A stretch of 64,000 bases of DNA, taken from the NCBI RefSeq assembly GCF_000372725.1, contig NW_005202368.1, forward strand, positions 92,045 to 156,044, given 5' to 3'. The notes beneath the pieces are model-generated. The model searched no databases, had not been told where the DNA came from, and saw only the letters and a program-made list of their open reading frames with translations. Positions 34,208-46,046 of the stretch are shown here, piece by piece (positions within the stretch are counted from its first letter, which is position 1; each line of letters begins with the position of its first letter). Both the position numbers and the translations under genes were made by a program. This stretch comes from Emiliania huxleyi CCMP1516 (taxonomy: Eukaryota).

Positions 34208-36223
34208 TCAAACTGCCTTGCGCGCCCCCTCCCAGTCCCGGATCTGACGGCGCAGCATGTGGTTGGGTGTGAGGTATGGGTGCTCGAGCGCGCCGCCCGT
34301 CAGAGGGCTCGTCGACTTGGTCGCGAGCCAGCGCTCGATCGCCGTCCGCTCGTAAGCATGCCCGTCCGCCGCCATCACCGGGTCGCTCATGATCTCGGTC
34401 GTGATTGGGCAGATAAAGTCGTCCGGCGGCTCCTCCTCTCCCTCAGGCGGCGCCTCCGCCGCCGGTGACGAAGCGCCCTCGGCGAATCGCGCCTGATCCC
34501 CCGCCGCACGCGTCGCCCCGACCTCCAGCCTCGCGCTCTCCTCGAGCGCCGCCGCCAACTCCGCATCCTCTCTCGCCGCCAGCGCTGCCTCATCCTCGGG
34601 CTCCTCGGGCGACGTCCCAGCGCCGCCCCCGCCGCCCCCGCCGCCCTTCTTCTTCTTCTTCTTCTTCCCCTTCTTGCTCTCCCTGGCGCGCTCCCCCGCC
34701 TCCTTCTCCGCCTCCTCCCCCGCCAGCAGCGCCTCGGCATGCCGCGTCGCCTCCGCCTCTGCCGCCGCTCTCTCCGCCTCCCTCGCCACCGCCTCCGCCG
34801 CCCTCGCCGCCGCCGCATGCTCCTCGAAGGCGCGCACGCACTCGGCGTGGCCATTCTCCTTCGCCCACTGCAGCGCCGTCTTATTGGTGCGCGCCGCCGC
34901 GTCTGCGCCCGCCCGCAGCAGGCAGAGCACGACGGCGGGGTGGTTGTTGTAGGCGGCGTCCATCAGCGCGGTGCCGCCGCCGCTGTTCTGCATGTTGATC
35001 TCCGCGCCGCGCTCCAGCAGCAACTCGATCACCCGCTCGCGGCCGTTGGCGGCGGCGAACATCAGCGCGGTGTCGCCGTCGCTATCCTGCAAGTTCACCT
35101 CCGCGCCGTGCCGCAGCAGCAGCTCGACCACCCGCTCGTGGCCCTTCTGGGCGGCGGCAATCAGCGCGGTGCCGCCTTTGCTGTCCTGCTTGTTGATTTC
35201 CGCGCCGCGCTGCAGCAGCAACTCGACCACCCGCTCGTGGCCTTTCTGGGCGGCGTTCATCAGCGCTGTGCCGCCGTTGCCGCCCTGCACGTTGACCTCC
35301 GCGTCGTGCCGCAACAGCAGCTCGACCACCCGCTCGTGGCCTCGGCGGGCGGCGGATATCAGCGCGGTGTCGCCGTTGCTGTCCTGCTGGTTGATCTCCG
35401 CGCCGCGCCGGAGCAGCAGCTCGAGGACCCGCTCGTGGCCCTCCTGGGCGGCGCACATCAGCGCGGTGATGCCGCTCACATTGCCTACGCCGCCAGTCGC
35501 GTTGACCCGCCCGCCGCTGTCAAGCCACGACAGCAGCGCCGCCTCGTCGCCTTCCGCAGCCGCGTTAGCCGCCTCTGCGGTAAGGCTGCCCACTGAGCCG
35601 GAAGAGGCCGCTTCGCCCGAGGAAGCGCCGCCCGCGCCGCCCGCCGCCGCCTCGCGCCGCCCCGCCGTGGCCACCTCCGCGATGTGCTGCCGGAAGGCCT
35701 CGACGCACGCGGCGTGGCCCTTCTCTTTGGCAAACTGTAGCGCGGACTTGCCGTTCAGTGCGCGCAGCTTCGTATCCGCGCCCGCCCGCAGCAGGCGAAG
35801 CACGACGGCGGGGTGGCCGTCGATGGCGGCGCCCATCAGCGCGGTGCCGCCTTTGCTGCTCTGCTTGTTGACCTCAGCACCGCGCTGCAGCAGTAGCTCG
35901 ACCACCCGCTCGTGGCCATGCTGGGCGGCGAGCATCAGCGCGGTCCAGCCGTCGCTCCTCTGCAAGTTGATCTCCACGCCGCGCTGAAGCAGCAGCTCGA
36001 CCACCCGCTCGTGGCCTTGGCCGGCGGCGAACATCAGCGCGGTGATGCCGCTCAAATTGCCCGCCACGCAAGTCGCGTTGACCTGCCCGCCGCTGTCAAT
36101 CCACGACAGCAGCGCCGCCTCGTCCCCTTCCGCAGCCGCATTCGCCGCCTCTGCGGGAATGCTGCCCAGTAAGCTGGAAGAGGCCGCGGCGTTCGCTCCC
36201 GCCGCCGCCTCGCCCGAGACCAT
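34208..36223 (-). CDS. Ankyrin-repeat U-box E3 ligase, intronless
   Basis: Many G.TALM.AA..GHERVVELLL..GAE.N repeats in two duplicated modules, then an Ala/Glu coil, poly-K and a C-terminal U-box (DFICPITTEIMSDPVMAADGHAYERTAIERW...SPLTG). Confidence 0.93.
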   Translation of the reverse strand: MVSGEAAAGANAAASSSLLGSIPAEAANAAAEGDEAALLSWIDSGGQVNATCVAGNLSGITALMFAAGQGHERVVELLLQRGVEINLQRSDGWTALMLAAQHGHERVVELLLQRGAEVNKQSSKGGTALMGAAIDGHPAVVLRLLRAGADTKLRALNGKSALQFAKEKGHAACVEAFRQHIAEVATAGRREAAAGGAGGASSGEAASSGSVGSLTAEAANAAAEGDEAALLSWLDSGGRVNATGGVGNVSGITALMCAAQEGHERVLELLLRRGAEINQQDSNGDTALISAARRGHERVVELLLRHDAEVNVQGGNGGTALMNAAQKGHERVVELLLQRGAEINKQDSKGGTALIAAAQKGHERVVELLLRHGAEVNLQDSDGDTALMFAAANGRERVIELLLERGAEINMQNSGGGTALMDAAYNNHPAVVLCLLRAGADAAARTNKTALQWAKENGHAECVRAFEEHAAAARAAEAVAREAERAAAEAEATRHAEALLAGEEAEKEAGERARESKKGKKKKKKKGGGGGGGGAGTSPEEPEDEAALAAREDAELAAALEESARLEVGATRAAGDQARFAEGASSPAAEAPPEGEEEPPDDFICPITTEIMSDPVMAADGHAYERTAIERWLATKSTSPLTGGALEHPYLTPNHMLRRQIRDWEGARKAV

Positions 36224-36348
36224 GGAGGGTTCCGGCTCTTTGTTGGTTGAGGCCCCCGAAATGGTTGAACGAGACGACCCCCCGTCATCACCCCCTCCCT
36301 CCTAAAAAAAACGCGGGAAGCGATCGTAGTAGAGCCATCGTAGTAGAG

Positions 36349-36952
36349 CCAACAGGTCCTCCTGCCACACACCGCCCGCGAGCAGCGGCATCCGCCTCTG
36401 CCCGCTCGCCGGCGCCGCCAGCTCGCCGCCGACCGGCGCGGCTGCTGCTGCGTGCTTGGCACCGCCGCCGAGGCTGGCCGCCGCGAGCGTTCCTGCAATA
36501 GTGTCGACTGGCGCCGGATGGCGGTATAGGCAGCCGCGGGTTTTACAGGCGCTCCCCCACTCGCACGCTCTCCGCGCGTACTTGCGGCGCTGTTGCGGCG
36601 CAGCTTGTCCGCCTCTTCGGGCCCGGGATGGATGTTCTGGCACCTTGACCTGAACTCGCACAATCCCGACAGGAATGGCTTGCAGACGATCTCGCTCTTC
36701 CGCACGGCGCCCTTGGGAGGGTGGCGGTAGATGCAGCCGGGTCTGGTGCAGGCGGCGCCGTACGTGCAGAGCGGCAGCTGCGGCTTCTTCTTGGGCATTG
36801 GGCCTGCAGGTTAGGGCAATGTTGGGCCCGCAGCGACAGGCCGCGCTGGTACGGCTGGGTTCGGGCCCTTTGCCGTCCGGGACGAAGACGAAATCGCGTG
36901 CGCACGCGCAGCGCAGCCCAGGCGACGGCCGGCGCGACGCCGGCGCGACAGC
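36349..36952 (-). pseudogene. Duplicated 5' end of the CCCH-exonuclease-Smr gene (three CCCH fingers, frameshifted, truncated)
   Basis: Near-identical to 33676-34071 but retains CTYGAACTRPGCIYRH and CKPFLSGLCEFRSRCQNIH. An 11-bp insertion shifts the frame, and homology stops at QEDLL. Confidence 0.85.
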
Positions 36953-36964
36953 CCCGTGCTGACC

Positions 36965-37325
36965 CATGCCGTCGGTGAGGTAGCCGGTGTAGTGCACAAA
37001 CACCTTTTGGAACGGCTGCGGCTTCTCGCCTCCGCCTTCTCGCAAAAACTTGTACTTGAACCCGGGCGCGGTCTTCGAGTCCTGGAAGTCTCTGAAGTAG
37101 CTGGCGTCGAACGGGCCCTCGTGCGCCGTCCAACCGCCCGCAGCAGACGTGTATCCGTCCGAATAGAAGAGGCCCTCCGCTGCGGCGCGGGAAGGCGCCG
37201 CCGCCGCGGCTGCTGCGACTGAGACACCGAGCGCTGCACGCCGGCCGACGGCGGCGGTGCTGCTGGCCGGCTCGGGCCGGTGGGAGACGGACGGGAGCAG
37301 GGCGACCGCGGCGAGCGCCGGGGCG
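36965..37325 (-). pseudogene. Fragment of an FKBP-type peptidyl-prolyl isomerase with a lumen-type (RR..AxA) targeting peptide
   Basis: GRRAALG..AAAE...KYKFLREGGGEKPQPFQKVFVHYTGYLTDG. The FKBP domain is not continued afterwards and no start codon was found. Confidence 0.7.
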
Positions 37326-37329
37326 GAGG

Positions 37330-37972
37330 GGAAAGACGGCTTGCTGGAGCGACAGGAGGCCGCCCTCGAGCTTTGCGAGGCGGGCCTCTGCCTTGTCCAC
37401 CGCGGTCTCGAGCTCCTGCTTCTTGAGGGTGAGCGCGAGGACCCGGGCGGCCTGCTGCTTCTCGTAGTCGGCAAAGCGCTTCTGCCCCTCGGCCAGGTTC
37501 TTGAGGATGTCCGAGTGCTTGCCGATGAACTGCCACTGCTTGCCGGCCTCCTCCTCCATGCGCTCGGCCCGGAGATTGGCGCCGCGGGTGAACCCCCCGA
37601 ACTCCTTGAGCGAGACCCACTCGAGGGGGTCGAACGCTGGTGCCTGTCAACAGCGCATGCGGCGGCGCATGAGACAGCGCGGGGCGCGGGGCACGGGGCG
37701 GCGCGCGGCGCCTCGATGCGGCGGACGGGGGGCGGGAGGACGAGGGGCACTGGCTCCCCCTCGAGGATCACCGGCCGGCGGGGGGGCGAGGCCAGCTCCT
37801 TGAGCGTTTCCGCCGCTGCCGAGGCGGCCAAGGCGGCCTCCATGTTGTTGCGCTCGGCGGTCTCAAACCCTCCCTTGCGAGTGCGCTTTTGGACCGGGCC
37901 GTCCCGCTCGAACTCCGGGAAGCCATCCATGTGGAGCTTGCGCATCGCGTGCACGTGCTTCTTGCGCGCCAT
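37330..37972 (-). CDS. Coiled-coil protein of unknown function, 2 exons, apparently fused to the FKBP fragment
   Basis: MARKKHVHAMRKLH...VRRIE / APAFDPLEW...KKQELETAVDKAEARLAKLE. No family was recognised. Confidence 0.45.
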
Positions 37973-38596
37973 CCTGCGGCGGCAGCGCAGTCGAGTCAGT
38001 GGTGCTCGATGGAACGGCGCGGCGCGGGGCCCGCGGGGGAGGGGTGGCGGCATGGCCCGGCCCGGAGCGCGTGGCTCCCCGCGCCGCGGAGAGGCGGGGG
38101 GCGGGAGGGGGGCGGCATGCAGCAGTGCGGGAGGCGGCCCGGATAAACCTGTTAGTCGCAGTCTGCAACTAGCAGAGTGGAAAAAAGAAATCTAGTTGAG
38201 TATGGGAGGGCCTGCAATTTGCTTGCATGCAATCCATGCTCCCGAGCTGAGGTCCTGCATTGCTCGCAATCACACGCAATCCCACGCAATCAAGGGAATC
38301 TCAGTGGGCGCACTCTCAATTGCACCTCGCCCCTTTTTCTTTTTCCATCCCCTACCTCGCCGCGAAGAAGAAATCCAGCCTGGATTGGCCGCCGAAAAAG
38401 AAATCCATACTGGCACTCCGCGGTTTCTTTTTTCCATCCCCTACCTTCACACTGCTGTGAACAGGTGCCGAACCCATACTGTGACCTCAGAGCATATGCG
38501 TGTATTCCTCCGCCGGCCAGCTCGCATCGGAGAGTGAAAAAGTAAAAAAATCGGGCTGCGCAGAAATAGCCCTCGGTCAGGCTGAAGGACGTGTAT

Positions 38597-39769
38597 ATGG
38601 CCTCCCACCGCATCGGCGCCCGCGTCGCGGGCCTCTCGCCAGAGCAGCTGTGCGCCATCATCGAGGCGCAGGCGGGCGTAAGCGACGCCGCGCTGCGCGT
38701 GGCGGACGAGCACGCCACACGGCTTGTGGAGCAGCCCGAGTGGGTGCTCTCCGAGGTCCTCCTCTCGCCGGACCTCGCCCCGCACATCCTCGCCCATCTG
38801 CCGATCAAGGAGCACGCCGCCAAGGGGACGTGCCGCGCGTGGCGCCGCGGCTGGAAGGAGACGCTGGTGAAGCGCGAGCGGCCGCGCCTGCTCGTGATTG
38901 GCGGCTATGGCACTACGATTGTCGGTGACAATTTCCTCAGCTCGATGGAGCGGTACGACCCTTCAATCAATGTGTGGGAGGAGGAGGCTGTGGCGCCGTT
39001 GCCGACGGCACGACGGCTTGTCGGCACGACGATGCTCGACGGTAATCTGTACGCTGTGGGCGGCTGTGCGGCTGTGGGTGGCGACCACCTCAGCTCAGTC
39101 GAGCGGTACGACCTGGCTGCAAATGCGTGGGAGGCGGTGGCCCCGATGTCGACGACTCGGAGCCTCTGTGGCGTGGCGGTGCTCAACGGCAAGTTGTACG
39201 CTGTGGGCGGCGAGATCAGCTATGACGACGACGGCGTGACCTGCTCGGTGGAGCGGTACGATCCGGCGACAAACGCGTGGGAGGCGGTGGCGCCGATGGC
39301 TGCGGTGAGGATGGGTTTCGGCGTGGCGGTGCTGGACGGCAAGCTGTACGCCATTGGTGGCGGCGACGAAGCCAGCAGCGAGCTGGAATCGGTGGAGCGG
39401 TACGATCCTGCGACAGATGTGTGGGAAGCGGTGGCGCCGATGGCGGCGGCGAGGATGGAGCACGCCGTGGCGGTGCTCGACGGCAAGCTGTATGCTGTTG
39501 GAGGCTACGGCGCCGGCGGCGGCCGCCTCAGCTCGGTCGAGCGGTTTGACCCCGCGCTAAATGTGTGGGAGGCGGTGGCGCCGATGGCGATACAGCGCGC
39601 ACGCCTCGTACTTGCGGTGCTCGAAGGCAAGCTGTACGCTGTGGGCGGGTGTGCTGGCCAGCTCTCCGCCTGCAGCTCGGTCGAGAGGTACAACCCAGCT
39701 ACGAACGTGTGGGAGGCAGTCGCGCCGATGTCAATGGCGCGGATTTCTCCGGGTCTGGCATCGATTTGA
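38597..39769 (+). CDS. Kelch-repeat protein with an F-box-like N-terminus, intronless
   Basis: VLLSPDLAPHILAHL...CRAWR followed by six LDGKLYAVGG...SSVERYDP..N.WE.VAPM repeats. Confidence 0.93.
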   Translation: MASHRIGARVAGLSPEQLCAIIEAQAGVSDAALRVADEHATRLVEQPEWVLSEVLLSPDLAPHILAHLPIKEHAAKGTCRAWRRGWKETLVKRERPRLLVIGGYGTTIVGDNFLSSMERYDPSINVWEEEAVAPLPTARRLVGTTMLDGNLYAVGGCAAVGGDHLSSVERYDLAANAWEAVAPMSTTRSLCGVAVLNGKLYAVGGEISYDDDGVTCSVERYDPATNAWEAVAPMAAVRMGFGVAVLDGKLYAIGGGDEASSELESVERYDPATDVWEAVAPMAAARMEHAVAVLDGKLYAVGGYGAGGGRLSSVERFDPALNVWEAVAPMAIQRARLVLAVLEGKLYAVGGCAGQLSACSSVERYNPATNVWEAVAPMSMARISPGLASI

Positions 39770-40160
39770 CGACGACTCAGCTCAGGTCGGTGGCAGGCGG
39801 CACGGCGACATCAGTGCTCGCCATCTGCTGATACGAGAGCTTGGAGTGGCTTTTCATTGGTACAGGTGCGCGATCCGTGGGGTGACCTGGTGAGACAGTA
39901 TTTAATTCTTTTTGTTAGTGCCAGTGCGCGCCAGTCCCGTGCCCCTTGAGCCTTGTTGTGCGAGGGAGTGTCTCGTACTTGGAGCACTTAGAGTGCAGTT
40001 ATCATATATCAACCGCACGCCCAGACGCTAGACGGGCGATGACGGTCACACAGGAGCGACACACAGAACCACAACACAAACAAGCTCACAAGACACCCCC
40101 TCTCGGCACACTGCTAACGTCAAAAAAACACGCCCGGCGCGGGAAGCGATCGTAGACCCA

Positions 40161-42135
40161 ATGGCTGCTCCGGCTCCCGCTCCAACCTCGGACATCGACA
40201 CCAAGCGGTACGACCGGCAGATCCGGCTGTGGGGGCTCGAGACCCAGCGCGGCCTCCAGGGCACGCGCCTCCTCCTCCTCCGCGCTACCGGCCTCTGCAA
40301 CGAGATTGCAAAGAACCTCGTCCTCGCCGGTGCCCGCCCGCCCTCACCGCCACGCCCCCGCCGCCGCAGACCCATTCGTCCGCCGCGCCCACCGGCGGCA
40401 TGCACCGCCTGCGCCGGCCCTCGTATTCTCCGAGCGTCGTGAACGAGCCTTGCCTTGCGCTGCGCGCAGGCATCGGGCACGTCTCGATTGCGGACCCGGA
40501 CGCGGTGTCGCAGGCCGACCTCGAGCACGGCGGCGTCTTCTCGCTGAGCAAGGACAACCTCGGCAGCAACAAGGCCCCGCTGCACCGCCGTCTCTCTTTT
40601 CTTCTCCCAGCCGCCTCTTTTCTCTCTCCCGCTCCCGTTCCCTCCACCAGAGCTCACCGCGTTTGCCCCTCCACCCCAAGGCCGAGGCGACGGTAATCCC
40701 CGTCCCACCTTCGCCCCTCATCTCCACCGCTGCGTCGTGTCCGCAGGCCGAGGCGATGGCGTCGCGCCTCAAAGAGCTCAACCCGTCGGTCGAGGTCGAA
40801 GGCATCCCAAAGCCGCTCGAGCAGCTGACCGACCAGGAGGCCTATCCACATGTCCCATACGCATGCCCCACACATATCCCATACACATACATGTGCATGT
40901 GCGTGTCTATGCACATGTCCCATACACATTGACCGACCAGGAGCTCCGCTCGTTCCACATCGTCGTCGGCACGCACGGGCTTCAGGGCGTGGACGACCTT
41001 GCCGCCGCCACCGACCGGCTCTGCGGCGCCGGCGGTGAGCCGGCGGCGGCACCCAACGGCAACGGCAACGGCAAGAAGCGGCTGCGCGACGAGGCGCCGG
41101 AAGCCAAGGGCAACGGATCGCATGAGATTGTGCCGACGAGATCGGGGGCGATGCCGCAGCTGCTGGCCGCCGGCACTCTTGGTTTGTTCGGCTTCTGCGC
41201 GCTCGACCTGATGGCGCACACGCACCGCGTGGTCAAAAAGGCGAAGAAGGAGGACGAGGAGCCGCCGCCGCCGGAGCATTTTGTGGTCCGCTACCCCGCG
41301 CTGCGCGACGCGTTCCGGGTGGGCTGGCGCTCGCTGGACAGGCGCACCCCGCGGCTGTACGCTGCGCTGCAGCTGCTGCTGCGGGGCGGAGGGCAGGAGG
41401 AGGTGGAGGCGCGGCGCGCGGAGCGGCTCGAGGAGGACGGGCTCAAGGAGACCTTTCTGCGGGAGCCACTCACCGCTGAGTACGTCGCGACCGTGGCGCC
41501 GAGAGCAGCCGAGAGCAGCCGAGAGCAGCCGAGAGCGGCCGAGAGCGGCCGAGAGGTGGCCGAGAGCGGCCGAGAGCGGCCGAGAGGCAGCCGAGAGGCA
41601 GCCGAGAGGCAGCCGAGAGCAGCCGAGAGGCAGCCGAGAGCAGCCGAGAGCAGCCGAGAGCCGCAGCCAATGCCTTCACTGAATAGGTGCGCCACGCCGC
41701 CACCGAGCTCTCGCCCATGTGCGCCATCGTCGGAGGCACCGTGGCGGCCGAGGTGATTAAGCTGGTCGAGATCGCCGCCGGCAAGGGGCAGGCCGCGAGG
41801 TGTAGCCGAGAGCTAGCGACCTGTCAATGAATCGATTTCTTGAGCAGCTCGGCCGGGCTTCAGAGTGGCGTACGCTGTGGATGTGCTACATCTCGGCTAG
41901 CTCTCGGCTAGCGCGCGGCTAGCTCTCGGCTAGATCTCGCGACTAGCCCCTTGCCGACGTCGATCTCGGCTAGATCTCGGCTGTCTCTCGGCAGGTTGCG
42001 CCGATCAACAACGTCCTCCTCTTTGACAACTCGGACGGCGCACAGGCCGCCGGCATCACCGGCCGCTTCGGGCCGGCCTTCCGGACGGACGACGGCGGCG
42101 TCGACAAGGGCACGCCCCAGCCGGTGGCCGCGTGA
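40161..42135 (+). CDS. SAE1: SUMO-activating enzyme subunit 1 (Aos1/SAE1, ThiF family), multi-exon
   Basis: YDRQIRLWG.E.Q, EIAKNLVLAGIG, NKAEA...LKELNPSVEV, ELSPMCAIVGG.VA.EVIK and PINN.LLFD. Confidence 0.85.
41500..41662 (+). repeat. Intronic 10/11-bp tandem repeat (GCCGAGAGCA)n
   Basis: Directly visible. Related arrays lie at 11585-11685, 12480-12525, 41890-41990, 53095-53185, 53350-53412, 62735-62810, 62954-62995 and 63040-63145. Confidence 0.95.
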
Positions 42136-43354
42136 GGAGCGGGGCATGGGAGAGCTGTGTCGTGCGTGCGTGCGGCGGATGAGGGATCTTGCAGCGCCGG
42201 CTGCTGTGACTCCGTCTTTTTTCTGACGACGGCGGTGGGCCCGCTGTCGCAAGGACTCGTGGTTCCGCTGGGGCCGGGTAAAGTCGAGAGAGTGTGCGCG
42301 TGAAATGTGAAAACTGAAATGAGGGTAACCTTTCAAAGCGGCCGCGGCCCCAGCGCCCGTTTCGCTTTTGCCTAAACTTTTGGGTTTAAGGGAGACACCC
42401 TTTTCGCGGAGAGGGGGGGATGCCATCTCCGATCTGTGCACTGTAGATGCATACGTCAGTACGAGAGACAGCCGTCGGCCCGCGTCACACGTGTACGGAT
42501 GGTACACGCACTAGCCATATTACAATATTCGCACGCCACGGCCAGCGCCGGTCCTGCGGCGCTGGCATGGGTGGCGTGCCTCTCACGTCAGAGCTCGCTC
42601 ACCGCTGGCAAGCTCCTTGTCCTCCGATGCTCCGCGTGCCTCCCCCCCCCCCCCCTCCTCGGACTGCACACCGCGGCGGCTCGAGCATTGCCTACTGGTA
42701 GTTGGCCAGCTCCTCGTCCTGGTTGAAGTAGCGGTTGGCCTGCGTCGGCACGTCGATCACGGCATGCTCGTTGCCGATGTCGTTCGGGTCTATGGCCAGG
42801 GCGGTTGCAGCCAGGGTGGCGGCGGATGCGGCCTAGGAGCGCTCATATAGAGCTGCTCCTGCTGAGAGGCCACGACCGCTGTGAATCAAATACTCTTGTG
42901 CATGGGCTACTCTGCCTCAGCGCGGCGCGGGAGCCAACGAGTTTTTTCTGGCTGACCCCACAGGGTTCGGACTTTTTGCGGGGTATGGTATGGTACGGTC
43001 GCGCAACCCACCTCGACGGACCATACCCCCCCGCCTGCTGACAGACCCAGCCTGCCCGCCGACGGGACCAAACACGTAGCGAAAGAGAGACCGCCCAGAG
43101 ACCGCCCAGATTGGCACTCATGCCACATGCCTCTCTGGACAGGGTGGCCCGCCACAAGGACCCCAGGAATTGCGACTCGCCGCTTTCCTCCCGCTGTGAT
43201 TCTGTGTGAGCTCTGTGTCTTGTTTTGCCAACAAACAAAAAGTACACCTAAGACGAGAGTACATTTCGGGACCCAAATGTTCACACCCGCCCGCAACCCA
43301 CACAGCTCGGGCCTGGGAAGTCGCGGGGCAGCCGCTCGCCATACGCACCAACGT

Positions 43355-45379
43355 ATGCCGCCCCACAGGGCGCTCGCCTACGCGCTCGCCCTCGCGGCGA
43401 CCCTGCCGCTCGCCTCCTCCATCCCCTCCCTCGCCTCGCGCACGCCCAAGGCGCGCTCGACGGCGCTGCTCGCGCGCACAGAGAGCGCTGCCGCCGCGCT
43501 GCTGCCGCGCACAGAGAGGCGGGTCGACGCGGCGGCGGCGTCGGCGGGGCCAGGCGTGGGCGGGTGGGCCGTGTCGCAGGACGCCTGCCCCGACGGCGCC
43601 CCCTTGCCGCTGCTGCGCCACCACCCCTCCAACGGCACGCTCGCGCTGAATGAGGCGGCTCTGCACGCGCTCGCGCGGCTGCCCGCGCCGCTCTGCGTGG
43701 TGAGCGCGGTGGGCCCGGCGCGCGACGGCAAGTCGACCTGGCTCAACCTCTTTTACCACCACCTGCGCGATCGCTGGCCCGCCACCACCGCCTCGTCGGC
43801 CGGCAATTTTGGCGTCGACCACAACGTCCTTGGCGCGGGCACCGAGGGACTCTGGATGCGGCACCTCTCTGCGCCGGGCGGGGCGCGGCTGCCGGGGACG
43901 GAGTGCGCGTCGGTCGTGCTCATCGACACGGCCGGGCTCGACTCGACCGCCCACCGCGCCGACGCGCGCGCCGCGCAAGACAGCCTCGCGCTCGCGCTGC
44001 TCGCCTCGTCGACTGTCGTGCTCAACGTCATGCGCGAGCTCAACGAGGCGGCGCTGGAGCGGCTGCGGGAGGGGGTGGCGCACGTGCGCGGCGCGCTCGC
44101 GCCCGACGCCTTCGGCGCGGGCGGCGGCGGGCCCAACCTCCTCGCGCTGCTCCGTGACGCTCGCCCGCGCCCGCCGCCGCCCGCCGCCGCCGCCGGCCGG
44201 CCGCGCGCGCCTCCGGCAGAGGCGAGCCTGCACGAGGCGCTCGCGCCGCGCGCCGACTCGCTCGACGGGACGCGGGCGGCGCTGGCGGCCCTCTTCCCCA
44301 ACCGCACCCTCGCCGCCGTCCGCGCGCCCGACGCCGTTGACCTCGCAGAGCTCGCGTCGGCGTCTGGTCTGCCGGACGCAGACTCACCCTTTGCCGGCTC
44401 CTTCGCGGCGTCGGCGCAGCGCGCGCTGGGCCTGCTGCAGCCAAAGGCGGTGGGCGGGGCGCCGCTCTCGGGCGAGCTGCTCGCCGCCGCCCTCCACGGC
44501 CTCGTCGCGCAGCTGCAGGCCGGCGCGCCGCGAGGCCTCTCGCTCACGGCCACCGTCTACGCGCTGATGCAGGAGTGGGCGAGCGCCGCAGTCACCTCGG
44601 GGCGGCGCGCCTTCTCGCGCGTCGCGCCGCCGCTGACGGAGATGCGCGGGCAGCTGGCGGTCGCGCTGCCCGCCGCGTCGCTCGAGCTCCTCCTCCGCAA
44701 CGCCACCAAGGCTGCCTACGAGGCGCCCTCTAGATGCCTAAAATCGCGTGTAGGCGCCTATAGGGCGCCTATAGGGCGCCTATAAGGCGCCCGCCGGAGC
44801 AAAAGAGTAGGAAAATCAACGGCCGAAGCTGCTAGGTCTTATTAGATGGACTACTTGGGAGACGTACGTCCCCGTTCGCCCGCCTAGGCGTTCCTCGCCC
44901 GGCTCGCGTCGGTGGCGGACGCAGACGACCCGGCCGCGTGGCTGCAGCCGTACGCTGAGCAGCTTCGGATCGCGGTGGAGGGGGAGGCGGCGCGGCGGCG
45001 GCTCGCGCACCAGCACGCCGCCGCCCTCGCGCAGGAGCGCGCCGTCAGCCGCCGCCTCCGGGACGAGGCTGGCGCGAGCCGCGACGAGATCGAGAGGTTG
45101 CTCGCGCTGCGAGACGCGTCGTCGAGGCTGGAGCGGTGGCGCGGGCTGGCGGCCGACCTGGCGATGTTCGCGCTCGCGGCGGGGTCGGCGGTGCTGCCCG
45201 GCGGAGGAGGGCTCAACCGGCTCGGCCCCGCGCTGCGCGTCGCCCCCGCGCTCTTCTCGAGCCTATTCGCGTGGCGCGTCATCCGACGGCCGGTGCCGGC
45301 GCTGCTACGCAGCTTGGGGCACGCGCTGCACCTGCCCGGCTGCGCGCCCGCGCCGCCAGCCGCGGCGGACGCCACCTAG
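43355..45379 (+). CDS. Guanylate-binding protein/atlastin-family GTPase with an N-terminal signal peptide and C-terminal hydrophobic hairpin, 2 exons
   Basis: VVSAVGPARDGKSTWLN (G1), TEGLWM (G2), LIDTAGL (G3) and LLRDA (G4). Intron at about 44722-44887, then a coiled coil and two hydrophobic segments. Confidence 0.85.
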
Positions 45380-45902
45380 GCCTCCCGCGCGAGTGTGTGT
45401 GTGTTACATCTCGTGTCCGGCCACCCACATCCCTGAACCCTGTCCACTGCCCCCCCCGCTCTCGTACCCGTGTGTGGAGTGTGCGCACCATTCTTGCACA
45501 CTGAGCGGAGAGGGTCGGCGTTGAGTAAACATTTGATCTGCATGCATTTCGCCACACTCCCGTCACCTCGCCCGCCCCGCGCACGCCCGCGCCTCCGTAT
45601 GCGTGCGCCTCACGCTCTGAGCAAGCCGCCGTGTGCGCGCAGATGCCGCCCCGGGAGGAAGGGAGGGAGGGGCGTTTCGTTGTAAATTGATGAGAGGACT
45701 AGCACTCACCGCCCGCACACTGCCGCCCATCCCTCCAAACGGGCTTCTTGGGTGGAAACATATCCCCCCAGGCTAGATGGTCACAGATAGCCCCACACAG
45801 CCCCTTACCCCTTCACCCTCGCCTCGCTGCTTGGTGTTTCTGAACACGTAGACGACCACGCTGTGGGGGTTGTGTTATAGGAGTAGGAGTGGGGTGCAGG
45901 TT

Positions 45903-46046
45903 GCTCACCCACGGCACCGGGCCGGTGCTTGCACTTTGAATGCCGTGGGGCTCCTGCCCGTGTCCCGGGCGTGGAGATGCGAGGGTCGCCCCCCCTTGCC
46001 CCACCACTTTGTGTGTGTGGAGACGTTTACCTTACCTTACCTTACC
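45903..46046 (+). mobile_element. Retroposon family B copy
   Basis: Ends in gtgtgtggagacgttt(acctt)n; inverted homologue at 47666-47806. Confidence 0.88.

Noticed and set aside
42692..42835. Short coding-like stretch on the minus strand (AIDPNDIGNEHAVIDVPTQANRYFNQDEELANYQ)
   Set aside because: No start codon, bounded by stops and no recognisable family; at most a remnant.
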